A stretch of 64,000 nucleotides of DNA from an uncultured delta proteobacterium (GTDB taxonomy: Bacteria > Desulfobacterota > Binatia > UBA9968). The notes beneath the pieces were generated by a model. The model was not told the DNA's origin, did not search any database, and saw nothing but the letters and a program-made list of their open reading frames with translations. The position numbers and the translations under genes were made by a program. The first letter of the stretch is position 1, and each line of letters starts with the position of its first letter. Where the stretch lies: the NCBI GenBank assembly GCA_963847445.1, contig CAWJZV010000028.1:32001-96000 (forward strand), in the 5' to 3' direction. Below, in pieces: positions 1 through 13,660 of the stretch.

Positions 1-1335
1 CAGCTCCGCGACCAATGCATGGCCCGACTCATGATAAGCTACGGTTTTCTTTTCCTTAGGACTCATCACGCGGCTTTTCTTCTGCAAGCCGGCAACGACT
101 CGTTCGATCGCCTCGTCGAAATCGCTCGCCTCCACCGATTCTTTGCCCTGGCGCGCCGCCAGCAACGCGGCCTCGTTAACGATGTTCGCCAAGTCGGCGC
201 CGACAAATCCCGGCGTCTTGGCAGCAACGATAGCCAAATCGACGGCGGGCGAGAGTTTTATTTTTTTGGCGTGGAGCTGGAGGATTTTCTCGCGACCTTT
301 GACATCGGGCCGGTCGACCAGCACCTGACGGTCGAACCGTCCTGGACGGAGCAGCGCCGGATCGAGAATCTCCGGCCGATTGGTCGCCGCCATCAAGATC
401 ACGCCTTTATTGGAGTCGAAACCGTCCATCTCGGCGAGCAGCTGATTGAGCGTCTGCTCGCGCTCGTCATGGCTGCTAAGCATGCTCATACCGCGCGCTT
501 TGCCCAAGGCATCGAGTTCGTCGATGAAAATAATGCTCGGCGCGTGCTCGGCGGCCTGGGAGAACATATCGCGCACCCGCGCCGCGCCGACGCCGACGAA
601 CATCTCGACGAAATCGGAACCCGAGATACTGAAGAAGGGCACGCCTGCCTCGCCGGCGACAGCGCGGGCCAGCAGAGTCTTGCCGGTGCCTGGAGGGCCG
701 ATGAGCAGGACGCCCTTGGGGATATGGCCGCCCAAGCGCTGATATTTTTCCGGGTGTTTGAGAAACTCGACGACCTCGATCAATTCGTCCTTCGCTTCGT
801 CGATCCCTTCGATGTCAGCAAAACTGACACCGGTGGATTTCTCGATATAGACCTTCGCCTTGCTCTTGCCGATTTGCATCAAGCCGCCACTGGCACCGCC
901 ACCCATGCGATTGAAGAGAAAACTCCACAGCACGAAGAAAAGTAAGATCGGCACGACCCAGGAGAGCAGCGTCGGCAACCAGTCGCTGGAGACCTCCCCT
1001 TTGAATGGAACACCGGCCTCTTCGAGTTCGGCCGTGAGCCGCGGATCATCAACGCGCACGACCATAAAGGCCACCGGCTTTTTGGCAGCGTCGCCGAGTT
1101 CTGTGATTTTCTCCGCGGAAAATACTTCTTTCAGCCCCTCGCTCTTGATCATGCCGCCGATGGTCTGATCGCGCACCACCACTTCTGCAACCTGGCCTTT
1201 CTTGACCAGGGCCTTGAACTGGCTGTAGCTGATGGTTTCGACCGTTTTGGCGAGTAGCGCGAACTGCGCGAAAAACATCAGCCCCAGGGCGAGGATGAAA
1301 TAGATGACGGAAAAATCTGTTTTCTTCTTCTCCAC
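1..1335 (-). CDS. ftsH: ATP-dependent zinc metalloprotease FtsH (runs off window at 3' end)
   Basis: Manual minus-strand translation from GTG 1335: two N-terminal hydrophobic segments, Walker [28 protein letters not shown], and [11 protein letters not shown] (HExxH) at the window edge. Missing from the ORF track because it has no stop in the window. Confidence 0.95.
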   Translation of the reverse strand, partial: MEKKKTDFSVIYFILALGLMFFAQFALLAKTVETISYSQFKALVKKGQVAEVVVRDQTIGGMIKSEGLKEVFSAEKITELGDAAKKPVAFMVVRVDDPRLTAELEEAGVPFKGEVSSDWLPTLLSWVVPILLFFVLWSFLFNRMGGGASGGLMQIGKSKAKVYIEKSTGVSFADIEGIDEAKDELIEVVEFLKHPEKYQRLGGHIPKGVLLIGPPGTGKTLLARAVAGEAGVPFFSISGSDFVEMFVGVGAARVRDMFSQAAEHAPSIIFIDELDALGKARGMSMLSSHDEREQTLNQLLAEMDGFDSNKGVILMAATNRPEILDPALLRPGRFDRQVLVDRPDVKGREKILQLHAKKIKLSPAVDLAIVAAKTPGFVGADLANIVNEAALLAARQGKESVEASDFDEAIERVVAGLQKKSRVMSPKEKKTVAYHESGHALVAEL

Positions 1336-1393
1336 AAGCTTCTCTTCAGCCCGTCTCACAGCGCGCGCTTGATCGCTCGCCAAGGTTAGGCGA

Positions 1394-1897
1394 TCAACTC
1401 TGATCCCACACCACCCGAACGAACTTGTTGTTATGCGACCAGTTGTAAGCGACCTTGCCGCCGCGCGCTTTGCGCAACGAACGACCCAAGCGCTGCGCCA
1501 GCTTCTCCGTCGTGGTTTCCACTCGCCAACCGTCGCCGGCCGCCGCCAGGAGCATGATCCGCTCCAAGGGGTTCTTTTCGCGCGCCTGCGCTTCTTCGTT
1601 GCGCAGCAGTCGCAGGATTTCACCGCGATCCCGTTCCGCCACTCCACGCAGATGCACTTCGCCGCTGACGGAATGGGCCTTGATCTTCTGGCATGCCGGA
1701 CAAAAAATCCCATGCTGCCGCGCCGATGGGCTGAATCCCGGCGGCGCGGTTAAGGTCCAGCGCCGCCGGTGATAGAAGGCGCCGCAACCGCTGCATTGAA
1801 TGATCTCCGCCGGCGATCGGCGCGGCAAGAATGTGTCGTGAAACACATCAATGCGCTTTTTATAGTTGGTGTTGTATTTCTTCGCTGCCGATCTCAT
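1394..1897 (-). CDS. BCAM0308-family protein (Cys-rich, low-oxygen-locus associated)
   Basis: CxxC...W...CPACQKI and ERIM...[12 protein letters not shown]...[12 protein letters not shown] pattern recalled for this family. Confidence 0.7.
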   Translation of the reverse strand: MRSAAKKYNTNYKKRIDVFHDTFLPRRSPAEIIQCSGCGAFYHRRRWTLTAPPGFSPSARQHGIFCPACQKIKAHSVSGEVHLRGVAERDRGEILRLLRNEEAQAREKNPLERIMLLAAAGDGWRVETTTEKLAQRLGRSLRKARGGKVAYNWSHNNKFVRVVWDQS

Positions 1898-1907
1898 GAT
1901 CCGCTCC

Positions 1908-2231
1908 TTAGGTTTTGGCCGTCAGCGTATCGAACCACTCGCCCAGCGGGCCGCGGCTGACTTTGCGCACTACGCCTTCTAACTCGCCCCGGTCCATCCA
2001 TATACCGCCGCACTTATCGCAGCGGTCGAGAGCGAAACCTTCAAAGGTATAACTCTCCAAGTGGCCGGCACACTTGGGACAGCGCAGATCGATTACTGTT
2101 TTCTCGACTTTCTGTAGCTTCGCTTTGAGCTTCGCCATCAGTTCGCGGTCGCGCTCGGCAAAATAGATATCTTCCTTGGCACGCTCGACCAGTTTCATGG
2201 TTTCGCCGTAGCGATCCTTCTCGTCCGTCAT
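1908..2231 (-). CDS. zf-TFIIB-like zinc-ribbon protein
   Basis: CPKC...CDKCGGIWMDRGEL motif; GGAGG RBS upstream. Confidence 0.8.
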   Translation of the reverse strand: MTDEKDRYGETMKLVERAKEDIYFAERDRELMAKLKAKLQKVEKTVIDLRCPKCAGHLESYTFEGFALDRCDKCGGIWMDRGELEGVVRKVSRGPLGEWFDTLTAKT

Positions 2232-2266
2232 GACAGCACCTCCAATCGATCTTACTGATAAGCTGA

Positions 2267-2281
2267 GCAGATTTGGTGCCA
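2267..2281 (-). promoter_or_regulatory. sigma54 -24/-12 promoter (TGGCAC-CAAAT-CTGC) for the zf-TFIIB/BCAM0308/ftsH unit
   Basis: GG-N10-GC spacing, one mismatch to consensus, 36 bp upstream of the start codon. Confidence 0.7.
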
Positions 2282-2544
2282 GACCGGCGTCAGAGTTCCC
2301 TCAAGCGACGCTAGGTATTATCGCAGTCTAGTTAACCGGTGAGTTCGGGCGCATAGAATAATTCGCGAACTCGCGAAACCAGCCGGGTGCCTCTCTCAAG
2401 AATGACAAGATCAAGATAGAATCGCCCATCGACAGATGACAAAACCAGGGCATTCGTTTTGCGTAGATGAGAAATTAGGATTGCCACTACGCCGACAAAT
2501 GGTGATAGGAGCCGGCATGAACACAATTTCTTTTTTGCTTGCGC

Positions 2545-2559
2545 TGGCATAGCTTCTGC
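2545..2559 (+). promoter_or_regulatory. sigma54 promoter (TGGCAT-AGCTT-CTGC) for the FNT channel
   Basis: GG-N10-GC spacing; divergent partner of the 2267 promoter. Confidence 0.6.
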
Positions 2560-2643
2560 GGTTTTAACGACGAGTGGCTGCCGCGACCATCAGACCCCGG
2601 CGCCGCACTACAAAATTAACGCGCAACGAATCGAGAAACTGTA

Positions 2644-3504
2644 ATGGCGGAAATCTTCGGCTTCGATGCCTACGCCCCCAAAGAGGTCGCCGAGCGGGTT
2701 GAGACCGTCGGCGTCGCCAAAGCGCGCTTGCCGCTGCTTTCGCAGATCGCCCTCGGCGTCCTCGCCGGCGGCTTCATCGGTCTCGGCGCGCTCTATTTCA
2801 CGCTCGTCACCAGCGATGCGACTCTCAGCTTCGCCGTCAGCCGCGTACTCGGCGGCGTGGCCTTTTCGCTTGGACTGATCTTGGTGGTCGTCGCCGGAGC
2901 CGAACTCTTCACCGGCAACAATTTGCTTGTCATGGCCTGGGCAAGCCGTCGGCTCTCGACCAACGAACTGCTGCGCAATTGGCTGGTCGTCTTTTTCGCC
3001 AATTTCGCCGGCGCACTCGGCCTCGTCGGACTGGTCTATTTATCGAATCACTGGCAGATGAACGGCGGCGCGGTGGGAATCCAAGCGGTCAAGATCGCCG
3101 CGGCCAAAGCCGCGCTGCCTTTTGCCGAGGCGTTCTTTAAGGGCCTGTTGTGCAACATTCTCGTTTGCTTGGCTATCTGGCTCGCCCTCGCCGGCCGCAG
3201 CATCGTCGATAGGCTCTGCGCCATCGTTTTTCCGATCTCCGCCTTCGTCGCCGCCGGCTTCGAACATAGCATCGCCAACATGTACTTCATTCCGCTCGGC
3301 ATCTTGCTCAAGGACCATGTCCAGGCAGGCGGCGCCGAACAATTGTCATGGACCGGACTGTGGTGGAATCTCGCCCCGGTCACCCTCGGCAATATCGCCG
3401 GTGGCAGCCTGATGGTCGCGTTGGTCTATTATTTGTTTACCGCCGTTCGCCTGAACCTTGATCTCATCATGCGCCACATTTTGTTGGCTGGACACGGGAG
3501 CTGA
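2644..3504 (+). CDS. Formate/nitrite transporter (FNT; FocA/NirC family)
   Basis: GAELFTGNNL, GLLCNILVCLA and AGFEHSIANMY signature motifs; C-terminus may be frameshifted. Confidence 0.93.
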   Translation: MAEIFGFDAYAPKEVAERVETVGVAKARLPLLSQIALGVLAGGFIGLGALYFTLVTSDATLSFAVSRVLGGVAFSLGLILVVVAGAELFTGNNLLVMAWASRRLSTNELLRNWLVVFFANFAGALGLVGLVYLSNHWQMNGGAVGIQAVKIAAAKAALPFAEAFFKGLLCNILVCLAIWLALAGRSIVDRLCAIVFPISAFVAAGFEHSIANMYFIPLGILLKDHVQAGGAEQLSWTGLWWNLAPVTLGNIAGGSLMVALVYYLFTAVRLNLDLIMRHILLAGHGS

Positions 3505-3529
3505 CGAAGTAAATAGCTAGCAATGACCG

Positions 3530-3676
3530 ATTCCCCCTTTGAAAAAGGGGGATTAAGGGGGATTTGATGTGGTGTTGGGGGCGGGTTTTTCGCACTAGGT
3601 CGGTAATCCTCTGCGACGGTGGCGCCGCATGAAAGAAAAAAATCTCCCCTGGCCCCTCTTTTCCAAAGAGGGGAAT
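3530..3676. repeat. Inverted pair of REP-like palindromes (CCCCCTTT-GAA-AAAGGGGG type) between convergent genes
   Basis: ttccccctttgaaaaagggggattaagggggattt (3531-3565) and its imperfect reverse complement aaatctcccctggcccctcttttccaaagaggggaa (3640-3675). Confidence 0.8.
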
Positions 3677-3797
3677 AGGAGAACTCGCCACGACTTGAGC
3701 CGCTAACCAAACTTCATCGCGTCTCCCACACCCGCCGTGTTCAGCCGAAACTTATGGTTAACAATGTGACCTTGATGGGGAATCGCGCTTGCGATCA

Positions 3798-5356
3798 TCA
3801 ATGGCGAGGGAGCCTTGTGCGCAGGAATTTTTCGCAGGCAACCGCCAGCGTATCGAGGGTTGCATCGGTGTCCAGCTCCAGACGGGCAGCCGCTGGGATA
3901 TCGTCCAGCGCTTCGAAGACATCCTTTTGTTGTTTATAGATTTCCCAGCGGCCATCCGACACATCCGTCCCTACGCGCCGCCCGTTGAGCCAATCGTTCT
4001 TGAGTAATATCATCTGAGACCAGGCAGTGAATCGCCAGCAAGGGAATCTGCTGCTTTTGCGCCAGACCGAGAATCTTTTGCCGCTGCGAACGTTTCATAA
4101 AAGTCCCATCGAGAATGACCCCGCGTCCGCTGAGGATCAGCTTCTCCGCCTCCCGGGCCATCTTCGCGTAGGTTTTCTCGGTCATGCCGGCGCTGTAGAT
4201 GCCCTGGTTGTACGGCGCCGGCTGGCGGCCCTGCTTTCCCGCCAGCTCTTTTCGCACAACGTCCGAATTGATCGTCGGCACTCCCGTGCGCGCGCTCAGC
4301 TCTCGCGCCAGGGTCGACTTGCCGCTGCCGGTCAGACCGCTGACGATGGCGATGAACGGCTGCGCCGGCGTCCAGGCCAGACGTGCCGCGTAGCGCGCAT
4401 AGCGGCTCGCGCCATGCGAATCCGCTTGCACCCCGCAAAGCGTAGACCTTGGCGCGCACCAGGGCGCGATAACATCGCCAAAACGGCAACAATTCGTCCG
4501 CCTCGGCATCGTCGATCGACTCGCGGTAGCGTTGGAGAAACGGCGCAACCAGGCTGTCGCCGCCGCGCACTTCTATATCCATCGATCAAAAAAGCGATTT
4601 CAGAGGCGAGATCGCATTGGCGAAATTTCGGCTCAAACTCGATGCAATCGAAGATCTGAATCCCTTCCGGGGCGAAACAAACATGTTCGGTGTGCAGATC
4701 GCCGTGGACATCGCGCAGCCATCCATTTGCCGCGCGCCGTTTGAGAGTCTCGCAGTGGCGCAGGAAAAACTCCGCGCCAAACTCTTCGATGGCATGGCAA
4801 TTCTCCGCATCGATGACTTGGCTTGAGGCCTGCGCCAAATCGGCAAGGTTGTCGTTCCATTGTGCTCGCACCAGCGCTGGATAGCGATCCGGCTCGATGA
4901 CCGGTGACGCGCTCCGCGTCGGTGTGAAAGCGTGCCAATAGTTCCGCCAACTCGCGCATCATCGCCGCCGTCACCTGGCCGGTGTCGAGAAGAAACGGCA
5001 GCATGCGTTTGTCCGGCAACCGGCGCATTACCAGCGTATACTCCGTCGGCTCGGCCCACCCACCCAGCCGCCAACCCAGATCGTCGAAGGTGATCGGCAG
5101 CACGCCGATGTACACTGACGGCGCCAAGCGCCGGTTGAGGCGCAGCTCTTCCTGAAGAAAATAACGGCGCTTCTCGACGGTCGAGTAATCGAGAAACGAG
5201 TAACGTACCGCCTTCTTCACCTTGTAGACCAGCTCATCGGCAAAGAAGATGTGCGAGATATGGGTTTCTTTGTGGCTCACGCATGGCCGGCGGTTTGGGA
5301 TAGAACTCCGGCTGCAGCATCGCCGCCACCAGCGAATCTTGGGCTTCTGTAGTCAT
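3798..5356 (-). CDS. Bifunctional aminoglycoside-phosphotransferase-like / P-loop kinase (Rv2004c-like); several frameshifts
   Basis: Stitched ORFs give ETHISHIF...VYKVKK, RDVHGDLHTEHVC...IFDCIEF, GLTGSGKST and SDVVRKEL. Confidence 0.88.
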
Positions 5357-5424
5357 CGATTTAGCGCTTGCAACTAATCCCGTGCGCCATCGGCTTCCCT
5401 CGCCAATCCATCCGAGAACCATCC

Positions 5425-5439
5425 GCAATAACAGTGCCA
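5425..5439 (-). promoter_or_regulatory. sigma54 promoter (TGGCAC-TGTTA-TTGC)
   Basis: Perfect consensus about 70 bp upstream of the kinase start. Confidence 0.8.
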
Positions 5440-5692
5440 CGGCACCCCCGGCTTAAAGACAGCCCGGGTGGTAATCACATCCTGGGCCGAAGGCGGAGAA
5501 TCTCGTCCCCATAAGACCTTGAAAATGCGCGAAGTCTCCTCTTGCTCGGCATGACATCGCATAGGTTTGTGCGCGTCGGGCAAAGTCGCGGCAGCAGGGG
5601 AATTCTTGCAAAGCGGAAATACCACTCCGGCGATTTGCAGAAGATGGAATTCTGTTAGAGTGCGAACTTACGAGTCTAGGAGCGGACTTGAA

Positions 5693-6638
5693 CTAAGGGA
5701 TGCCGAGATCTTCGATCTTGCGGTAGAGAGAGGAGAGGCTGATGTCCAGGAGTTTAGCCGCTTCCTTGCGATCCTGGTTAGTGTGCTCGAGCACGCGGGC
5801 GATATGCTTTTTTTCGAACTGATTGATTGAATCCTTCAAGTTGAAGGTAAACGCCGCCTGGCCGGCGCTACTGGCGATCACCGCGGCGGGCAAATCTGTG
5901 AGCGCAATGCGCTCGCCTTCGGCAAGAATCATCGTATGCTCGATGACGTTGTCGAGCTCGCGCACATTGCCTTTCCACGGCAGCGCCATCAGGAGTTGCA
6001 CGGCATCGGCGTCGATGCCGTCGAAAATTGCGTTTGAGCTCCGGGTTGTGGCGCTTGATAAAATAGTCGATCAACAGCGGAATATCCTCGGGACGATCCT
6101 TTAAAGGCGGGATGTGGATCTCCATGACATTCAACCGGTAAAAAAGATCCTCGCGGAAACGGCCCGCCGCCACTTCTTGGGTCAAGTCGCGATTGGTTGC
6201 CGCCAAGATACGCACGTCGATTTGCCGTGGTGTCGTCGTGCCGATGGGGAGAATTTCTTTGGCTTCGAGGGCGCGCAGCAGTTTGACTTGCAGATGCTGC
6301 GGGATCTCGCCGATCTCGTCGAGAAAAATCGTCCCGCCCCTGGCTTTCTCCAACAATCCTTCTTGATTGGCGAAGGCGCCGGTAAACGAGCCCTTCATAT
6401 GGCCGAATAGCAAACTTTCCAGCAGCGTCTCCGGCAGCGCGCCGCAGTTGACCGGCAAAAACAGTTTGTCCTTGCGCTCGCTCAGCGCGTGCAGCGCCAA
6501 GGCGATCAGTTCCTTGCCGGTGCCGCTGGCGCCGGTAATTAAAACCGTCGCCTGAGTGTTGGCGACTTTCTTGACCAAGTCGAGCACGTCGCGCAGCGCT
6601 TTGCTCTTGCCGATGATGTTGTCGAGGTGAAATTCCAT
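5693..6638 (-). CDS. sigma54-dependent enhancer-binding protein (AAA+ and Fis-type HTH), lacking an N-terminal regulatory domain; one frameshift
   Basis: [23 protein letters not shown] (GAFTGA loop variant), [15 protein letters not shown] and C-terminal [12 protein letters not shown]; the sequence upstream of 6640 does not look like a receiver domain. Confidence 0.88.
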
Positions 6639-6801
6639 GGCTAGATCTACATTAAGCCCCGTCTCTTGCGGCGGGAACAACTAAAAGTTTCAAAGGGGGC
6701 GAGCATCCCCTTGCAATATTTAAATTGGCAGCGGGGTTAATTCCCCGCGCGAGTAGCTTCGTTAATGGAAACGGCAAATCGCCCGCGGGTTGGCTATAGC
6801 G

Positions 6802-7305
6802 TCAGAGCCTTTCCGCCGCGGACAACAGCTCGGGGTTGGCACAGAATCGCCGCAGCGCGGCCTTGAGTTTTTGTCTTTGAATGCTCGCCGGGACGCCGAG
6901 ATTTTCCATCGTCTTGGCGATCTGTTCCCCGCCCAAATGAGTCAGCTTGCTATAGATCGCGTCGATCTCTGAGCTTTCGATATCGACAGCGATGCGAAAG
7001 GCCTCTTCCACCGTCAACGAAGCCGTGCCTTGGGCAAGAAAAGCCTTCAGCCGCAGACTCAGCTGTTGGGCCTTGTCGCGGTTGATCATCGGGTCCAAGG
7101 TCGGTTCGTCAAAATTTTCGATGATCTCGCGGCACGCCTGTAAGATGCAGCCATGCTGCTCTTCTTCCCTGGCCATCTCCCACCAGAAATCGCGCAGTTC
7201 CGGCTGGGCCAGAAACAGATGCGAGAAGCGGAAGTAAATCTTAGCAACCAGCCGTTCGATCGCCGCGAAACGTCTCAGGGGATCGAACGGTTCCTCGGTA
7301 GTCAT
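6802..7305 (-). CDS. Ferritin/rubrerythrin-like four-helix-bundle protein
   Basis: IERLVAKIY...FWWEMAREEEQH (ExxH); in frame with the upstream ORF in this assembly. Confidence 0.65.
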   Translation of the reverse strand: MTTEEPFDPLRRFAAIERLVAKIYFRFSHLFLAQPELRDFWWEMAREEEQHGCILQACREIIENFDEPTLDPMINRDKAQQLSLRLKAFLAQGTASLTVEEAFRIAVDIESSEIDAIYSKLTHLGGEQIAKTMENLGVPASIQRQKLKAALRRFCANPELLSAAERL

Positions 7306-7812
7306 GCGCTTGTTAAGATTCTCCTTGAGAAATTCCAGCAGCTCCACATGCTTTTCCGAATCGCGAATCATCGAATCCAACAGGACCTTGAACAGCCCGT
7401 GATAGTAACCGCTGCTCTCTTCAAGCAGGGTTTTGTATTCCTTGATCCCTTCTTTTTCAATCCGGATAAACTCTTCGGTCGACGTCGCGCAATCTGCCGT
7501 TTGCCGCTCGCGACATCGTCGCCGCCTTCGAGGCTGCCGGCTGGCTTTGTCCAGGTCAGGCTCCCTTTTAGCGTTGCCACCATGGCGTGGACCACCGCTC
7601 GATGCTTTTCTTCGTCCGAAATGATCATCTGCAAGCAAAAAGCGGGTCATCGGGTTGGCCGTTTCACCGAGACTCTTCTTGTAGATTGCGATCGACTGCT
7701 CTTCCTTCGCTTCATGGGCTTCGAACTCATTGAGCAACCGTTCAATGGGCGAGATCCCTTCCGGTGTCTTCATCAAGTCGAACATCGTGCTCATGTCTCC
7801 TAGCTCATCCAT
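7306..7812 (-). CDS. Ferritin-like diiron protein (frameshifted; paralog of 53834-54404)
   Basis: HEAKEE...IISDEEKH...IEKEG...IRDSEKH paired carboxylate/His motifs after joining two frames. Confidence 0.7.
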
Positions 7813-7967
7813 GACCTTCTCCCTTCTCTATCAAATGGCTGGCGAGGATGTTGCCCCGTCAGACTTGCCTAATGCGCCGCTCCCCTATCGCTTGACCTTC
7901 TCTGCGCATAACCTATCCCTCATTTTGCCTTTGTACTTTTACTTCTCCCTATTATCCACACGCTAGC

Positions 7968-7982
7968 GCAATGAGTGTGCCA
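7968..7982 (-). promoter_or_regulatory. sigma54 promoter (TGGCAC-ACTCA-TTGC)
   Basis: Perfect consensus upstream of the ferritin-like genes. Confidence 0.8.
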
Positions 7983-8130
7983 GGGAAATTTAACCGGAAC
8001 TTCGGCGCGTTTATCATAGATAGCGGCGGAACTCTTCGCAGCGACAGGAATCGAAACCTGGCAATTTCGCAGTTGTGCGAAAGCCATTGATCGATTAGTT
8101 CATTTCACCTCTGGCATTGCGGAAATTATC

Positions 8131-8145
8131 CGGCACAATAATCGC
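8131..8145 (+). promoter_or_regulatory. Possible sigma54 promoter (CGGCAC-AATAA-TCGC) for pfk-gap-CBS
   Basis: GG-N10-GC with two mismatches; divergent partner of 7968. Confidence 0.45.
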
Positions 8146-8161
8146 AAAGCATTACGTCATC

Positions 8162-9488
<1,327 letters not shown>

Positions 9489-9499
9489 CAGGAGAAGGC

Positions 9500-10527
<1,028 letters not shown>

Positions 10528-10541
10528 CAAGGAGCAAAACC

Positions 10542-10933
10542 ATGATCGCCAAAGATATCATGACCCGTGACATCATCACCGTCAGCTCCGACCATGAGCG
10601 TGAAAAACTTAGCCATGACGCTGATCAAGAATCAGATCAGCGGCGCGCCGGTGGCCGGCAAAAACGGCAAGATCGTCGGCGTCGTCTCGGAAGCCGACAT
10701 CATCGCCAAGAAAGGCAAAGACGTCAAATCGATCATGAGCAAGAAAGTCATCAGCGTGAGCGAAGAGACCTCGGTCGAGGAAATCGCCCGCTTGATGACC
10801 GCCCACGCGATCAAACGCCTGCCGGTCATGAAGGACGGCGCCATCGTCGGCATCGTCAGCCGCGCCGACATCGTCAGCGCCATCGCCCAAGGCGAGCATG
10901 TCGCGATCCACACGCCGATCTACGATCTTGTAA
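10542..10933 (+). CDS. CBS-domain pair protein; frameshifted
   Basis: ISGAPV...VGVVSEADI and IKRLPV...VGIVSRADI. Confidence 0.88.
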
Positions 10934-11021
10934 AAAACCTTCTCCAGTCAACGCTGTATTCACCTTGCGCCGACGCGTAGTGGTTCAGCTTGCAGTCCGC
11001 GCAATGCATTTCGCCTGCAAG

Positions 11022-11093
11022 CGCTTTCTCGCTGCGCTCGAAATGACAGCCGCATAGTCGCCTCGTCATCTCGACCAAAGTGAGAGCTCGATC
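11022..11093. repeat. REP-like element (TTTCTCGCTGCGCTCGAAATGAC ... GTCATCTCGACC)
   Basis: Imperfect inverted pair; related halves occur at 33353-33372 and 34443-34500. Confidence 0.55.
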
Positions 11094-11257
11094 CACTGGA
11101 CATACCGCCGCAGTTGCGTCTCGCAGCCGTCGCTCAAGGTCACTAAAGCATTCTTAATTGTGAGAAGTATTTCCACGCCGATTCCAATCGATAGGAAATT
11201 TTCCGAACGATCGTCCGAAAAACTTCTGTTACTGCGCTCATTCCGTCGGTTAACATC

Positions 11258-11272
11258 TGGCATCGCCCTTGC
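11258..11272 (+). promoter_or_regulatory. sigma54 promoter (TGGCAT-CGCCC-TTGC) for the boxB-like unit
   Basis: Consensus match about 73 bp upstream of the start codon. Confidence 0.78.
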
Positions 11273-11344
11273 GATGAGTTCTGGCCAATTGCGCTGACAC
11301 CCCTTTGCGGTGCGACAAAATCGACAACTCATCAGGGAGGAATC

Positions 11345-12461
11345 ATGGCGGAGCGCATCACCAATTTCGACGACTGGAAAGATCTGTTTTACAAATGGCA
11401 AAAGGATATCGGCTTCGATCCCGAGCTGGTCAAGGATTACAAGTTCGATGCGATCTACGATGAGGGCACCAGCCCGACCATCGAGTTCGGCGAGTTCAAA
11501 GGGCCGGAAAAAATTCGAAAAGGTTCTCGACATGCCGACCCAGGACATGCGCGACTCGTTGCTCCATTTGATCTTTTATCAGGGCGACACCGAATTCGGC
11601 TCTTCGGAACAGCAGCGCAAACTGATCGACAGCGCGCCCAGCGACTACGATCGCCAGTGTCTGATTCGCGTCATGCGCGAAGAGCAGCGCCATGGCTGGC
11701 AGATGTGCCATGTGCTGATCTCCAACTTCGGCGATTCCGGCAAATTGGAAGCGCGCAAGCTGCTCGAACGCCACGCTTATGACAACTCCCGGCTGCTTGG
11801 CGCTTTAACAAGAACGTCGACGACTTCATCGACTTCGTCACCTACACTTGCTTCATCGACCGCGACGGCAAGTATCAGCTCACCATGCTGCATCATTCGA
11901 GCTTCGCGCCGTTGTCGCGCAGCATGGGACCGATGCTGAAGGAAGAAGCCTTTCATTTGTTCACCGGTCAGACCGGTCTGGCGAGAATCGTCAAAGCCGG
12001 CAAAGTGCCGATTCCGATCCTGCAAAAATATCTGAACAAGTGGCTGTCGACCGGCTACGACCTATTTGGCAAAGACCATTCGACTTCCGCGGCTCGCTTC
12101 TATCGCTGGGGCTTCAAGGGACGGTTCGACGAAGCCACCGCCAAGGAACCGCCAAAGGATCTCGACCGCCTGAACGAGGAAGCGCGCATTCTCTATTACA
12201 AAGAAGACTGCGAAATCATCGACGGGTTGAATCGGCTGATTCCCGAAGGCAGCCCCAAACTACGGGCGCCGGACATGAAGTTTAACCGCCAGATCGGCGA
12301 CTACGAGGGCAAGATGTATCAGCGTCGAAGGCAACCCACTGTCCGAGGCCGAGTATAAGAAGCATCTCGAAGAGGTCTTGCCGGGTCCGGCGGATCGCAA
12401 AGTCTTGGAACCGATCTTCAAGGCCGGCAACTGGATGTCAGCGGGCGCGGCCAACGCCTAA
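11345..12461 (+). CDS. boxB: Short BoxB-like diiron aryl-CoA epoxidase (PaaA/BoxB family); frameshifted
   Basis: QGDTEFGSSEQQR, EEQRH, FIDRDGKYQL and MLKEEAFH match BoxB iron-ligand motifs; the BoxB N-terminal extension is absent. Confidence 0.78.
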
Positions 12462-12476
12462 CCATTGCCCGAAGCT

Positions 12477-12517
12477 CGTCACGGCGGCGCGCGTTCGTCG
12501 TTCGCGCCGCCGTGACG
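12477..12517. other. Perfect 15-bp GC-rich hairpin between boxB and the cupin gene
   Basis: cgtcacggcggcgcg / cgcgccgccgtgacg; no U-tract, so more likely an mRNA stabiliser or REP than an intrinsic terminator. Confidence 0.7.
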
Positions 12518-12559
12518 CTCGCAAGGATTAACTTTCCGGCCGGTGTAAGGGAGCGCACT

Positions 12560-13510
12560 ATGCCTCAAGATGCGACCGCGATGGACGCGCGCCGAGATCT
12601 CGACCTTGCGCTGGATGCCAAGTGGCTATCCGGCCTATGGAACGTCAGCAACGAGGATCGCACCGGCGAGCCCAAAACCAAAGTCAAACCTCATCTGTGG
12701 AAATGGGCCGATGTCTACGACTCGCTGCAACGGGCGCGCGATGTCATCGGCATCGGCCCCGGCACTGCCGAACGGCGCTATATCCGCTTGGTCAATCCAG
12801 GGCTCAACGATCGACAAGTTGACCGCGCACACCATGCTCTTCGGCTTTCAATTGATTCAACCCGGCGAAGTCGCGCCGGCGCACCGCCATACCATGACCG
12901 CCTTCCGTTTTGTCCTCCAGGGCAAAGGGGCGTTCACCAATGTCGACGGCGAGAAGATGCTCATGCAGCCCGGCGACTTGATCCGCACGCCGCAGTGGGC
13001 CTGGCACGAGCATGAAAACCAAGGCAGCGAAGCGATGATCTGGGCCGATGGCCTCGATGTGCCGTTGATCGAAACACTACAAGTCGTGTCCGTCGAGCGC
13101 CGGCATGAGGAGCGGCTGCGGGTTAAAGAAGGGACAATCCATCCGTCGCTTTACGGCATGATGCGTCCGGCCGGCCAAGCCGCGCAACAATTGGTTGCGC
13201 CGCTGCACTATCGTTGGTCGGACACCTACGCGGCCCTGCAGCGGCTCGCCGAGAAAGTCGCCGATCCCTACGACGGCGTCGCTTTGGATTATGTCGATCC
13301 TTTGACCGGCGGCCCGACCTTCCCGACCCTGCTCTGCCGCATCCAAATGTTCCGTCCCGGCGAGCAGACCCAGAGCCATCGCCATCGCAGCACCAGCATC
13401 TACCATGTCTTTCGCGGCAGCGGCACGACCCAGGTCGACGGCAAGACCTTGGCATGGGAGCAAGGCGGACAGTTTCGTCGTGCCGCTATGGAGCTGGCAC
13501 AGCCATGCGA
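12560..13510 (+). CDS. Gentisate 1,2-dioxygenase-like bicupin (C-terminus apparently truncated)
   Basis: PHLWKW, AERRYIRLVNPG, APAHRHT, TPQWAWHEH and SHRHRST. Confidence 0.85.
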
Positions 13511-13592
13511 ATCTACGTCAGGCGATCTGGACAAATCAAAAAAGTTTTACGGCGAAGTCGTCGGCCTAAAAATCTCCGACGAGTTGCCGGGC
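13503..13592 (+). pseudogene. VOC/glyoxalase-family N-terminal fragment
   Basis: DLDKSKKFYGEVVGLKISDE preceded by an HAN-LYV-like stretch; no own start codon and no continuation. Confidence 0.55.
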
Positions 13593-13660
13593 TTGGATGA
13601 CCGCAGCCGACCCGCCGATCAATGGCGCCGCCTAGACCATGTTTAGTTGAGGTAAACGAA

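Noticed and set aside
19-945. 308-aa plus-strand ORF
   Set aside because: Antisense shadow of ftsH, which is on the minus strand with all expected motifs.
6802-7812. Single 336-aa fused ORF
   Set aside because: It includes an out-of-frame middle segment, and the paralog at 53.8 kb is stand-alone; two genes joined by indels is more likely, though a real fusion is not excluded.
8087-8100. FNR/CRP box (TTGAT half-site)
   Set aside because: No matching ATCAA half-site at the 4-bp spacing.
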